This document shows, one piece after another, positions 17,847-26,836 of a stretch of 64,000 bases of DNA. Under the pieces are notes generated by a model, which was given only the letters and a program-made list of their open reading frames with translations, did not search any database and was not told where the DNA came from. The DNA comes from an uncultured Syntrophales bacterium. Its GTDB lineage: Bacteria; Desulfobacterota; Syntrophia; Syntrophales; JADFWA01. Position numbers and translations under genes: made by a program. Location: NCBI GenBank assembly GCA_964650385.1, contig CAZYTP010000002.1:5302-69301 (forward strand), written 5' to 3'. The number at the start of each line of letters is the position of its first letter. Positions within the stretch are counted from its first letter, which is position 1.

Positions 17847-18617
17847 ATGGAAATACCGCAAATAACAGCAGGACAGATAGAAACATTCATACTGATCTTT
17901 CTCAGGGTAAGCGCGATTATAATCACAATTCCGATCCTGGGTAATCGGTCGGTCCCTATGAGATTAAAGGGCGGGTTATCGGTGGTTGTGGCGCTTCTAC
18001 TTGTGCCTTTTGTTCAATATAATGCCGTTCCAATCAAACTTCCACTGCTTGTCATTAAAATGTGTGGTGAGGTTCTCATCGGGATTGTTATTGGTTTTGC
18101 AGGCCAGATCCTCTTTGCGGGTGTTCAACTGGCGGGTCAGTTAGTCGGTTTTCAAATGGGGTTTGCCATAGTTAATGTGGTTGATCCGGTTTCAAGCTCG
18201 CAGGTATCAATTATAGCACAATTCCAATATCTTCTTGCTCTTCTGATTTTTCTTGCAGTGAATGCCCACCATATTTTTCTGTATGCTATTGCAGAGAGCT
18301 ATCAGTTGATTCCTCCTCTAAGTTTCCATTATTCGGGACCATTGATGGAGTCGATCCTTGAACTGTCAAAAGACATTTTTGTCGTCGCAATAAAAACGGG
18401 GGCTCCCGTCATTGCCATGCTTCTTTTTACGAGCGTTGGCCTGGGGCTCATTGCCAGAACCGTTCCCCAGATGAATGTTTTTATCGTCGGTTTTCCGCTA
18501 AAGATTGCAATGGGACTTATTGGTATCGGTTTGACGCTACCGTATTTTGTCAAGATTTTGGAATCTGTCTTTACGAAATTTGACGGGCAGTTGAGTATGT
18601 TAATGAGCCTGATGTAG
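17847..18617 (+). CDS. fliR: Flagellar export gate protein FliR
   Basis: 256 aa, polytopic. FILIFLRVSAIIITIPILGNRSVPMRLKGGLSVVVALLL is the FliR N-terminal signature. Confidence 0.9.
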   Translation: MEIPQITAGQIETFILIFLRVSAIIITIPILGNRSVPMRLKGGLSVVVALLLVPFVQYNAVPIKLPLLVIKMCGEVLIGIVIGFAGQILFAGVQLAGQLVGFQMGFAIVNVVDPVSSSQVSIIAQFQYLLALLIFLAVNAHHIFLYAIAESYQLIPPLSFHYSGPLMESILELSKDIFVVAIKTGAPVIAMLLFTSVGLGLIARTVPQMNVFIVGFPLKIAMGLIGIGLTLPYFVKILESVFTKFDGQLSMLMSLM

Positions 18618-18659
18618 GATAAACTCATAATGGAAGGCTCGCAAAAAGTCGAAAAACAC

Positions 18660-18744
18660 GTCATTGCGAGCGAAGCGAAGTAACCTTTCGGGTTTAACTC
18701 ATTATAATTATAAGATTGCTTCGGGCTATCGCCCTCGCAATGAC
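18660..18744. repeat. Two-tier palindromic repeat, family B, copy 3 (fliR/flhB spacer)
   Basis: GTCATTGCGAGCGAAGCGAAGTAACC...ATAAGATTGCTTCGGGCTATCGCCCTCGCAATGAC. It abuts a family-A copy. Confidence 0.85.
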
Positions 18745-18790
18745 CGGAAGCGCACCCGCAAGCCCCGCCTTGTAGGCGGGGAGCTTCACA
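18742..18790. repeat. GC-rich hairpin repeat, family A, copy (fliR/flhB spacer)
   Basis: GACCGGAAGCGCACCCGCAAGCCCCGCCTTGTAGGCGGGGAGCTTCACA is nearly identical to 2696-2743. Confidence 0.85.
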
Positions 18791-18875
18791 CTGAGAAATT
18801 ACTTTTTGCGAGATCATCAAAGGTAAAAGGTTATTTTTTTGACACCACCGTCACGGGATCGTTCAGAACTTTATT

Positions 18876-19946
18876 ATGGCTGAAGAAGAGAAAAAAGACC
18901 AGGAAAAAACCGAACAACCTACACCTAAGCGAAGGCAAGAAGCGCGGGAAAAAGGCCAGGTTGCAAAGAGTCAGGAGGTAACATCCGTTACAATATTACT
19001 GGCGTGCCTTATACTCTTTTATTTCAATGCTGAAATTATGGTCGGAAAAATGATGGAAATGACACGGTGGATACTCGGCGAATCAGGGAGTTTTATTATC
19101 GATAGCAACACGATACAACCTCTCGTGCAGACGCTGGTTTATAAAATATTTGGCATATTGGCGCCGCTGCTGTTAATGGTCATTTGCGTTGCCATTTCTG
19201 TGAATGTAATGCAGGTCGGGTTCATCCTGTCTTCTGAGTCAATACAGCCAAAGCTGTCAAAAATTAATCCCATCAGCGGGTTTCAGAGACTCTTCTCGAT
19301 GAAATCCCTCGTAGAATTAATAAAGAATATAGTAAAAATTTCTGTTGTTGGATTCATTGGATATATTACGATCAAGGGAGAGATGACGAATCTTGTTTCA
19401 CTTGGCAGTTTGAATGCGTGGGGCGTGTTGGAATATATTGGAAAAGTTGCCTCCAAGGTTATTTTAAGGACATGCTGGGTTCTCATTGTACTGGCCTTAT
19501 TGGATTATATTTTTCAAAAGTGGGATTTTGAAAAGAATCTTAAAATGTCAAAGCAGGATGTAAAGGATGAATTTAAGCAGTCAGAGGGAGATCCGCTGAT
19601 AAAATCGAGGATCAGGCGCCTTCAGATAGAATCTGCGAGAAAACGTATGATGGCCAGTGTCCCCGAAGCAGATGTTGTAATAACGAATCCCACACACTTT
19701 GCTGTAGCCCTTAAATATGATCAGACGACAATGGTAGCACCGAAGGTGTGTGCAAAGGGGAGAGGTCATATAGCAGAAAAAATAAAAGATATTGCCGGGA
19801 AAAATAATGTTCCAATCATTGAGAACAAACCACTGGCACAAGTATTGTATAAGATTGTTGATGTAGATGAAATGATACCGGCGAATTTATACAAAGCAGT
19901 TGCCGAAGTATTGGCATATGTCTACAACATAAAATCCGGTCAATAG
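18876..19946 (+). CDS. flhB: Flagellar export switch protein FlhB
   Basis: 356 aa. N-terminus EKTEQPTPKRRQEAREKGQVAKSQEV and the autocleavage motif VITNPTHFAVALKYD. Confidence 0.95.
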   Translation: MAEEEKKDQEKTEQPTPKRRQEAREKGQVAKSQEVTSVTILLACLILFYFNAEIMVGKMMEMTRWILGESGSFIIDSNTIQPLVQTLVYKIFGILAPLLLMVICVAISVNVMQVGFILSSESIQPKLSKINPISGFQRLFSMKSLVELIKNIVKISVVGFIGYITIKGEMTNLVSLGSLNAWGVLEYIGKVASKVILRTCWVLIVLALLDYIFQKWDFEKNLKMSKQDVKDEFKQSEGDPLIKSRIRRLQIESARKRMMASVPEADVVITNPTHFAVALKYDQTTMVAPKVCAKGRGHIAEKIKDIAGKNNVPIIENKPLAQVLYKIVDVDEMIPANLYKAVAEVLAYVYNIKSGQ

Positions 19947-19974
19947 TTGATACCTTTGCAAAATGGTATTTCAG

Positions 19975-20051
19975 GTCATTGCGAGACACAAAGTGTTACT
20001 GAAAACTTTTTAATTATCAATATCTTGTAAGATTGCCTTGCTCGAAATGGC
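19975..20051. repeat. Two-tier palindromic repeat, family B, copy 4 (flhB/flhA spacer)
   Basis: GTCATTGCGAGACACAAAG...TGTAAGATTGCCTTGCTCGAAATGGC is a degenerate right arm with the same architecture. Confidence 0.7.
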
Positions 20052-20095
20052 AAAAGAAATTTAACAATCAGCAAGCTTTTATGGAGTGATACATA

Positions 20096-22183
20096 ATGGC
20101 AAGTGCAAATGTTGCAGTTCATCCTGTCATGGAATGGGTCAAAAGCAGCAGCACATTTTTGGCGGTAGGAATAGTCGGTGTTTTGCTGGTTATGATGATA
20201 CCCCTTCCTCCGTTTATTCTTGACTTGCTGCTTTCCTTTAATATTACATTTGCCATAGTAATCCTTCTTGTTGCCATTTATGTATTAAAACCGCTTGATT
20301 TTTCGGTTTTTCCTTCCGTTCTTTTGATTGCTACACTGTTGCGGCTGTCGCTAAACGTTGCATCAACCCGCTTAATTCTTCTTCATGGCAATGAGGGGAC
20401 TGCAGCTGCCGGACAGGTTATCAAATCCTTTGGTACATTTGTGGTGGGCGGCAATTTTTTGATTGGGTTTATAGTGTTTATGGTACTTGTCTTGATCAAT
20501 TTTATTGTCATTACCAAGGGTGCAACGAGAATTGCCGAAGTTGCGGCACGGTTTACGCTGGATGCCATGCCGGGCAAGCAAATGAGCATTGATGCGGATT
20601 TGAATACGGGGCTCATTTCTGAGTCCCAGGCGAGGATCAAACGCGATTCTATAGCAAGGGAGGCCGATTTCTATGGTGCAATGGATGGTGCGAGCAAATT
20701 TGTCAGAGGTGACGCTATAGCAGGAATCATTATTGCGCTAATTAATATTGTAGGCGGATTGATTATTGGTGTGCTTCAACAGGGGATGCCGGTTGCCGAT
20801 GCTGCCCGTACATATACGCTCCTGACGGTTGGAGACGGTCTGGTTACGCAGATTCCAGCCCTGATTATATCAACCGGAGCGGGAATGCTGATAACCAGGT
20901 CAACGGCGTCATACGATCTCAGCAGCGAAATAAAATCGCAAATCTTTTTACAACCGAAGGCAATGGCTTCAGCCTCCGTTATGTTGCTTATCTTTGGTTT
21001 AATACCGGGTATGCCGACTGTGCCGTTCTTGATTATCGCATCTGTTGTAGCATTTATCGCGTTTACTGCTTTCAAGTCAAGCGAACAGGTTGGAGAAGTT
21101 GAAGAAGAAGGTCCTGTGGGAATGCCGGCAAGGGAACCATTGGAGGAACTGTTGCCACTTGATATGCTGGAACTCGAAGTCGGATATAATCTGGTTTCCC
21201 TTGTTGATGCAAAACAGGGGGGAGAACTTCTGCACCGCATTAGAACTTTCAGGCGGCAGATGACTGCCGAGATGGGCTTTATCATGCCTGCGATACATAT
21301 TCGCGATAATCTCCAGCTAAAGCCCGGTGAGTATGCCATTAAATTAAAGGGAGTAAATATTGCACGTGGGGAGCTAATGATGGGCCATTATATGGTGATC
21401 ACGCCCGATGATAAGGCTGTAGCGATTGCAGGGCACAAAACAAAAGAGCCGGCATTCGGTCTTCCCGCAGTCTGGATAGAGGCGGGAGAAAAAGAAAGCA
21501 TACAGGCACAGGGGCATGTTGTAGTGGATGCGGCGACTGTATTAACCACTCACATTACCGAAGTTGTTAAAACGCACGCCGATGAATTACTGGGAAGACA
21601 GGATGTACAGTACCTGCTGGATAATTTGGCACAGTCACATCCGAAAATTGTCGAAGAAGTTGTGCCGAATATTATTTCGCTTGGTACCATCAATAAAGTT
21701 CTTCAGGAGCTTTTAAGGGAGCGGGTTTCAATCCGCGATCTTCTCACTATAATGGAGACATTGGCCGATTATGCTCCAGTGACAAAAAACGCCGATTTAC
21801 TAACCGGATATGTTAGGCAAGCCCTGTCACGAACCATTACACAACAATATGTTGAGGATGACGGTACTATGACGGTGGTTATGATGTCTCCAGCGGTGGA
21901 AGATGCCATAAGCCAGTCTGTTCAGCACACGGAATATGAATCATTCGTTACACCTGATCCAGGCATTGTTCAAAAAATCGTCAGCAATCTTCAGGAATTT
22001 ACGACAACATTCTCCGAGAAGGGATTACAGCCCATTGTTCTCTGTTCACCCAGTGTCCGGACCTACGTCCGAAAGATTCTGGCAAAGTTTTTCCCCCATA
22101 TTGTTATCCTGTCACATAACGAAATCAGCCATAATGTCAACATTAAATCACTTGGAGTAGTGGGGGTTAAGGATGCAGCTTAA
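20096..22183 (+). CDS. flhA: Flagellar export gate protein FlhA
   Basis: 695 aa. LRLSLNVASTRLILLHG, FTLDAMPGKQMSIDADL and GAMDGASKFVRGDAIAGIII are invariant FlhA motifs. The cytoplasmic C-domain is present. Confidence 0.97.
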   Translation: MASANVAVHPVMEWVKSSSTFLAVGIVGVLLVMMIPLPPFILDLLLSFNITFAIVILLVAIYVLKPLDFSVFPSVLLIATLLRLSLNVASTRLILLHGNEGTAAAGQVIKSFGTFVVGGNFLIGFIVFMVLVLINFIVITKGATRIAEVAARFTLDAMPGKQMSIDADLNTGLISESQARIKRDSIAREADFYGAMDGASKFVRGDAIAGIIIALINIVGGLIIGVLQQGMPVADAARTYTLLTVGDGLVTQIPALIISTGAGMLITRSTASYDLSSEIKSQIFLQPKAMASASVMLLIFGLIPGMPTVPFLIIASVVAFIAFTAFKSSEQVGEVEEEGPVGMPAREPLEELLPLDMLELEVGYNLVSLVDAKQGGELLHRIRTFRRQMTAEMGFIMPAIHIRDNLQLKPGEYAIKLKGVNIARGELMMGHYMVITPDDKAVAIAGHKTKEPAFGLPAVWIEAGEKESIQAQGHVVVDAATVLTTHITEVVKTHADELLGRQDVQYLLDNLAQSHPKIVEEVVPNIISLGTINKVLQELLRERVSIRDLLTIMETLADYAPVTKNADLLTGYVRQALSRTITQQYVEDDGTMTVVMMSPAVEDAISQSVQHTEYESFVTPDPGIVQKIVSNLQEFTTTFSEKGLQPIVLCSPSVRTYVRKILAKFFPHIVILSHNEISHNVNIKSLGVVGVKDAA

Positions 22184-23339
22184 GAGGTATGAAGCAAAAA
22201 GTATCCACGAGGCAATGGGGAAAATAAAGCGGGATTTGGGCGACAGCGCCGTTGTCCTATCGACGAAAAGGATGAAAAGCAAAAAAGGGCAAATGATTGA
22301 GGTGATTGCCGCTCGTGATGAAGATTTGATAAATGAAAGTAAACTACAAGAGTCAAGTGATGAAAGCAACATGTCCGATATACACTCGACAATCAGGTCG
22401 GATGTCAGTGAACTGAAATGTTTCATGATGGATTTTATGAGAAGTGTGAACATCGGTGCGGAACTGACCGAGATTAAAGAAAATCTTAACACTTTTTTTG
22501 ATTTTTTAGGAATTCAGAAAAGTGAGAAAAAATCTCCTTGTCTTTCAAAGGCTTATTATTACCTTTTAACGACAGGCATATCGAGGAAACAGGCGTTAGG
22601 GTTGATAGAAAAACTACAGGATAATTATGAGCCACAGAAGTTGCAGAACTATGATGACACATTGAAATATCTGGAGGATATTCTCAGGCAGTCAATTGCC
22701 CTTTCATATGGAAAACAGACAGAGAAAAGAAAGGTTTGTGCCTTTGTCGGTCCAACCGGTACCGGGAAGACGACAACTCTGGCAAAACTTGCGGCACATC
22801 ATTTGTTTGACAAGAAATCAAAGATTGGAATCATAACCATGGATACATATCGTATCGGTGCTACAGATCAATTAAAAAAGTATGCTGACATTATGAATGT
22901 CCCCATGAAAGTCGCGACTGAAAAGTGCGAACTTGAAAAGGCTCTTGCGAATTTTTCGGACAGGGAAGTTGTTCTTGTGGACACGCCCGGAAGGAGTCGC
23001 ATGGATGGAGGATATTTGCTGAAATTGAGGGATTGTATTTCGACGATACCATCTGTGGAGACAAATCTTGTTATGAGTGTTACGTCAAACCGCAAGAGCA
23101 TGATTAATACGGCAAATCGGTTCGGCATTACCGGCTATAATAATATAATATTTACAAAACTGGATGATTCCGATTGTTTTGGACACATTTATAATGTGAT
23201 TGATACTATAAGCAAACCGGTATCATACATTACTGACGGACAGAATGTCCCGCGGGATATACAGGCAGTTGATCCCGGAATATTGGCAAGAATCATAATG
23301 AAAAACAGGATCCGTATCACATTGAGAAGGAGTAATTAG
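22173..23339 (+). CDS. flhF: Flagellar biosynthesis GTPase FlhF
   Basis: 388 aa. SRP-type G domain (FVGPTGTGKTTTLAKLAA, VLVDTPGRS, TKLDDS). It overlaps the flhA stop. Confidence 0.9.
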   Translation: MQLKRYEAKSIHEAMGKIKRDLGDSAVVLSTKRMKSKKGQMIEVIAARDEDLINESKLQESSDESNMSDIHSTIRSDVSELKCFMMDFMRSVNIGAELTEIKENLNTFFDFLGIQKSEKKSPCLSKAYYYLLTTGISRKQALGLIEKLQDNYEPQKLQNYDDTLKYLEDILRQSIALSYGKQTEKRKVCAFVGPTGTGKTTTLAKLAAHHLFDKKSKIGIITMDTYRIGATDQLKKYADIMNVPMKVATEKCELEKALANFSDREVVLVDTPGRSRMDGGYLLKLRDCISTIPSVETNLVMSVTSNRKSMINTANRFGITGYNNIIFTKLDDSDCFGHIYNVIDTISKPVSYITDGQNVPRDIQAVDPGILARIIMKNRIRITLRRSN

Positions 23340-24245
23340 GTGGATCAAGCAGAGACGCTCAGGGACATAAAAAGAAGAACAACCGGGACGGATAGCGGTA
23401 ATCTGGTAAAAGGGAAGAAGGAGAAGGCGAGAAATCCGGATATACGGGTTATTGCTATAACCAGTGGCAAGGGAGGAGTAGGCAAAACAAATATTGCGGC
23501 AAATATTTCGTATGCCTTGTCTATGAGGGGGAAAAAAACCTTACTCCTTGATGCAGATACGGGATTAGCCAATATTGATGTTATCTTAGGGATTACACCA
23601 AAGTACAATTTGTGTCACATACTGACGGGAGAAAAGACTGTCGCGGAGGCGATTGTTAAAGGCCCCGGTGGCATGATGATTCTGCCGGCGTCGTCAGGCA
23701 TTCAGGAAATAACGGAAATGTCGGGGGGGCAAAAGCTTACACTATTGGATATGCTGGAAGATTTCGATGAGGATCTGGATTTTATGTTAATTGATACTGG
23801 TGCCGGAATAGCAGGGAATGTGATGTTTTTTAATATGTGTGCCAGTGAAATTATTGTCGTTGTTTCTCCTGAACCGACCTCGTTGACCGACGCATATGCA
23901 TTGATAAAGGTTCTCTATAAGAGTCACGCAGCGAAACGATTTATGGTACTTGTGAACATGTCTCGAGATGCGAGTGAAGCGAGTGCCGTGTATCGTAGGT
24001 TAAGCAAGGCCGTTGAGCATTTTCTCAAACTTTCAGTTGAGTATCTTGGGTTTATTCCTTTCGATGAGAGCGTTAAACAGGTAATAAAAAGACAACATTT
24101 ACTGATGGAAGTATTTCCTTCTTCAAAGGCAAGCGTACATATTGCCAAGATTGCTGAGCTATTGTCCCGGCAGAAGACAACCACATGTAATCCTGGTACT
24201 ATTAAATTTTTTAACAGAGCGATAATTAATAATTATGACAGATAA
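23340..24245 (+). CDS. flhG: MinD/ParA-type flagellar number regulator FlhG (FleN/YlxH)
   Basis: 301 aa. Deviant Walker A TSGKGGVGKTNIAANIS and LLLDADTGLANIDV. It lies between flhF and fliA. GTG start. Confidence 0.9.
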   Translation: MDQAETLRDIKRRTTGTDSGNLVKGKKEKARNPDIRVIAITSGKGGVGKTNIAANISYALSMRGKKTLLLDADTGLANIDVILGITPKYNLCHILTGEKTVAEAIVKGPGGMMILPASSGIQEITEMSGGQKLTLLDMLEDFDEDLDFMLIDTGAGIAGNVMFFNMCASEIIVVVSPEPTSLTDAYALIKVLYKSHAAKRFMVLVNMSRDASEASAVYRRLSKAVEHFLKLSVEYLGFIPFDESVKQVIKRQHLLMEVFPSSKASVHIAKIAELLSRQKTTTCNPGTIKFFNRAIINNYDR

Positions 24246-24987
24246 GAAGAAACGCGAAGAACAAATCATGAAATATGTCCCTCTCGTTAAAAATGTTGTC
24301 GGGAGGATTATGTTGCGGCTGCCGAGCCATGTTGACAAAGAAGACCTTATTAATGTTGGGGTCATAGGACTTATGTCTGCCTTGGAGCGGTTTGATGAAA
24401 CGAAAAATGTAAAATTTGAAACATATGCCAGATTCAGGATACGTGGCGCAATACTGGACGAATTGCGATCGAGGGATGCTGTGTCGCGATCAGCGCGGAA
24501 CAAAGGTGCCAAACTTGAAAAGGCATATGCGGTATTACAGGTGGAATTAGGAAGAATGCCGACGGATGAAGAAGTGATCGGGTATCTCAATATATCGCTG
24601 GAACAGTATTACAAGCTCCTTAATGATGCACGGGGAGTTTACATCTTAAACACTGACGATCTTTCTCCGGATTATTTGAGAAAAAATACTCCACAGGATG
24701 TCCTGGAAAAAATTGATCAGGACAATCCGTTATCGTTCATTACCAGCACTGAGACGAAGGAGGTATTAAAAAGTGCAATCGAGGCATTACCCGAAAAGGA
24801 ACGAATTGTCTTGTCGCTCTACTACTACGAGGAATTGACTTTGCTGGAGATAGGCAAGGTTATGGAATTGACGGAATCCAGGATTTGCCAGATTCATTCC
24901 AAGGCAATATTGAAATTGAGATCTGTGCTCAAAACATTAAAAGACAGGGAAAATATAGAACCTCTTTCATGCATGCATTCAAGCTGA
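24235..24987 (+). CDS. fliA: Flagellar sigma factor FliA (sigma-28)
   Basis: 250 aa. Region 2 (DLINVGVIGLMSALERFDETKNVKFETYARFRIRGAILDELR) and region 4.2 HTH (ELTLLEIGKVMELTESRICQIHSKAILKLR). Confidence 0.9.
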   Translation: MTDKKKREEQIMKYVPLVKNVVGRIMLRLPSHVDKEDLINVGVIGLMSALERFDETKNVKFETYARFRIRGAILDELRSRDAVSRSARNKGAKLEKAYAVLQVELGRMPTDEEVIGYLNISLEQYYKLLNDARGVYILNTDDLSPDYLRKNTPQDVLEKIDQDNPLSFITSTETKEVLKSAIEALPEKERIVLSLYYYEELTLLEIGKVMELTESRICQIHSKAILKLRSVLKTLKDRENIEPLSCMHSS

Positions 24988-25043
24988 AACAGCAAATAAC
25001 GATAAGATATAAAACGGAAGAGAGATATAACAAGAGAAGCGCT

Positions 25044-25511
25044 ATGCCTGACAATGTGTCTTTAATTAAAATATCGTGCCTGCCCGCGTGTGTTGTAGCG
25101 ATAATAATATTGGTGAATGTTTTCTTTTCAGGCATATATATCGCAGGTTGTGCCGAAAAACCTGAGGCTGAGCTTGCCCATAAGGCAGAAGAGAGCCTGA
25201 AAGTTGACACTCCACCTCAATACAAATTTGAGTATTTTAATGATTTCATTATATACGTATGCAGTGAAAAGGAAAAAGTCGGCGTGTTGCTCTGTGATAT
25301 AGCTTTGGAGTTAAATTACGGGATGAAATTATCAGGTGACAGAGGAGATTTGAGGAAATTGTTATACAGGATGCTGAAATCACTCGATCAGGAAAATGAT
25401 TCGCGGAACCTGAAAAAACAACTGCGGGAAAATATTAAAGTTGCCATTAATGCGGCAATGGGCGAAAAGGTCGTCAAGGAAGTAAATTTCGTCAAGTTTA
25501 TCCTGCTATAA
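25044..25511 (+). CDS. Putative lipoprotein with FliL-like C-terminal domain
   Basis: Start moved to ATG 25044; the ORF-track 24885 start overlaps fliA. The signal/lipobox is VNVFFSGIYIAGC. The C-terminus VGVLLCDIALELNYG...LRENIKVAINAAMGEKVVKEVNFVKFILL parallels the FliL in this window (YLKVTVKVE...LREEIMLRLNNYLSMGRVKQVYFTEFVIQ). Confidence 0.45.
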   Translation: MPDNVSLIKISCLPACVVAIIILVNVFFSGIYIAGCAEKPEAELAHKAEESLKVDTPPQYKFEYFNDFIIYVCSEKEKVGVLLCDIALELNYGMKLSGDRGDLRKLLYRMLKSLDQENDSRNLKKQLRENIKVAINAAMGEKVVKEVNFVKFILL

Positions 25512-25585
25512 AAAAACAAAAAGTTGTTGAATGACTGCATTGTTGTCCAGGGAAACAGTGTGATGAACCGGGGAAGGGGATAAAA

Positions 25586-25894
25586 ATGAGAAAAGCATAT
25601 TATTTTTTAATTGGCATCATGATATTTATAGGGTATATTTCGCCCTGCTATGCCCTTACATCGGAAGAGGTTTTAAAGTTGAAGAATGCGGGTGTCAGCG
25701 ATAAAACGATTCAAATTATGCTAAAGCAAGAAGAACAGGGTGTTAGAGAAGTTCAAGATGACAAAGGAAATACGAACATTATCTATTCCACAGGATCCTC
25801 AGCACGCAGGGGAGAAAAAGATCGCGAGGAAGCGGAAAAAATGAAGAAGGCATGGGATATGCTGGATAATGTTATTATTGATGAACGCAAATAG
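25586..25894 (+). CDS. Small secreted hypothetical protein
   Basis: 102 aa. Signal-like N-terminus (YYFLIGIMIFIGYISPCYA), then the SEEVLKLKNAGVSDKTIQIMLKQ motif and a charged tail. I recognise no family. Confidence 0.4.
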   Translation: MRKAYYFLIGIMIFIGYISPCYALTSEEVLKLKNAGVSDKTIQIMLKQEEQGVREVQDDKGNTNIIYSTGSSARRGEKDREEAEKMKKAWDMLDNVIIDERK

Positions 25895-25914
25895 CACCAA
25901 AGAGAAACACTATA

Positions 25915-26688
25915 ATGATAATCGATGGACATGCTAAACATGTAGAGTTGTTCAACGAGCTGAGAAAAGAATTCGAGGCTACCGTTGTACAAGAACTTAT
26001 TCCTGGTATTATTCATAACTTTGCAAATCCCCTTAACGGGATTTTGGGGCGTTCTCAATTGTTGCGAAGAAGGGCACATGAGTGGTTTAAAACGGTAGAT
26101 GTCAGTGACAATGAACCGAGGAATCATGAAAAGATACTCAATGACATTGATCTCATAACAGAAGAAACAGATAGATTGTTTGATTTGTTCAACGATCTTT
26201 CAGCTAAAGTTTATAATTTACAGGACACGACAACTAAAAAAATTAACATTCCTGATTTGATAAAAACAGAAACGGATTTCTTCGATTTCTACCTGAATTT
26301 CAGACACTCTATTAAAAAAGAACTGGTACTGGAGCGGAATATACCGGTTGTTACCGGAATTTTATCCGAATATGCTATCGCTTTTTCAACGATTATTCGA
26401 TACTCGATGAATTCCATGAGAACAAGCCCGACAAAGAATCTGACAATTACCACGTATTACGACAAACCTGATGTTTGCGTGAAGATAGAAGATACCGGGA
26501 TACATACACTTGAAGGCGAGAAAGGGAATCTCCTTGACGGCATTTCATCCGCGAGCGGACCTTTTTGTAATCCGGACAAAAATGCGGGATTGTTAAATGC
26601 CCTCTCTCTTCTGAAAAAATACGATGCTAACTTTCATGTAGGGAATATAAATGGTATTCATACTCTCTGCGTGAAAATTCCATGCTGA
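25915..26688 (+). CDS. Soluble histidine-kinase-like protein (H-box present, degenerate ATP-lid motifs)
   Basis: 257 aa, no TM or sensor domain. The H-box is IIHNFANPLNGILGRSQLLRRR (His34, codon 26014-26016). The C-terminal GHKL-like region is VCVKIEDTGIHTLEG...NAGLLNALSLLKKYDANFHV, with DTGIH in place of the usual DxGxG. Confidence 0.55.
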   Translation: MIIDGHAKHVELFNELRKEFEATVVQELIPGIIHNFANPLNGILGRSQLLRRRAHEWFKTVDVSDNEPRNHEKILNDIDLITEETDRLFDLFNDLSAKVYNLQDTTTKKINIPDLIKTETDFFDFYLNFRHSIKKELVLERNIPVVTGILSEYAIAFSTIIRYSMNSMRTSPTKNLTITTYYDKPDVCVKIEDTGIHTLEGEKGNLLDGISSASGPFCNPDKNAGLLNALSLLKKYDANFHVGNINGIHTLCVKIPC

Positions 26689-26725
26689 GTTTCCATCCAT
26701 TTCCATTGGAAAATAGCGATAGGTT

Positions 26726-26752
26726 CAAGGTTTCCAATGGTTATGACGATAA
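26726..26752 (+). promoter_or_regulatory. Weak sigma-28-like promoter upstream of 26837
   Basis: CAAGGTTT-N11-GACGATAA against the consensus TAAAGTTT-N11-GCCGATAA (13 of 16 positions, correct spacing). The -35 part lies inside a 10-bp inverted repeat, CCATTGGAAA (26703-26712) / TTTCCAATGG (26731-26740). Confidence 0.3.
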
Positions 26753-26836
26753 TATTTTATATATAACGTAATATATACTTGCTACCATGAATCTGGTCAG
26801 TGTTTTTTAACGGCAAGTAGATGTGAGAAGTATAAG

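Noticed and set aside
18329-18981. ORFs 18329..18820 (-) and 18664..18981 (+) spanning the fliR/flhB spacer.
   Set aside because: Their sequences are translated palindromic repeat DNA (families A and B), and 18664..18981 runs into the real flhB start. The same pseudo-peptides appear wherever the repeats occur (2522..2743, and the 5' end of 2661..3167).
19834-19849. Sigma-54-like TGGCACAAGTATTGTA inside the flhB 3' region, upstream of flhA.
   Set aside because: The -12 element reads TTGT, not TTGC (no GC dinucleotide), and the site is intragenic. It is kept only as a possible weak internal promoter.
11057-20051. Possibility that the recurring palindromes form a CRISPR array.
   Set aside because: The copies are about 80 nt long and internally palindromic. 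They are separated by kilobases of flagellar genes rather than by regular 30-40-nt spacers, and no cas genes are present.
24885-25043. Upstream extension of ORF 24885..25511 overlapping the last 100 nt of fliA.
   Set aside because: The internal ATG 25044 gives a plausible lipoprotein signal peptide, whereas the extension overlaps fliA out of frame and has no features.
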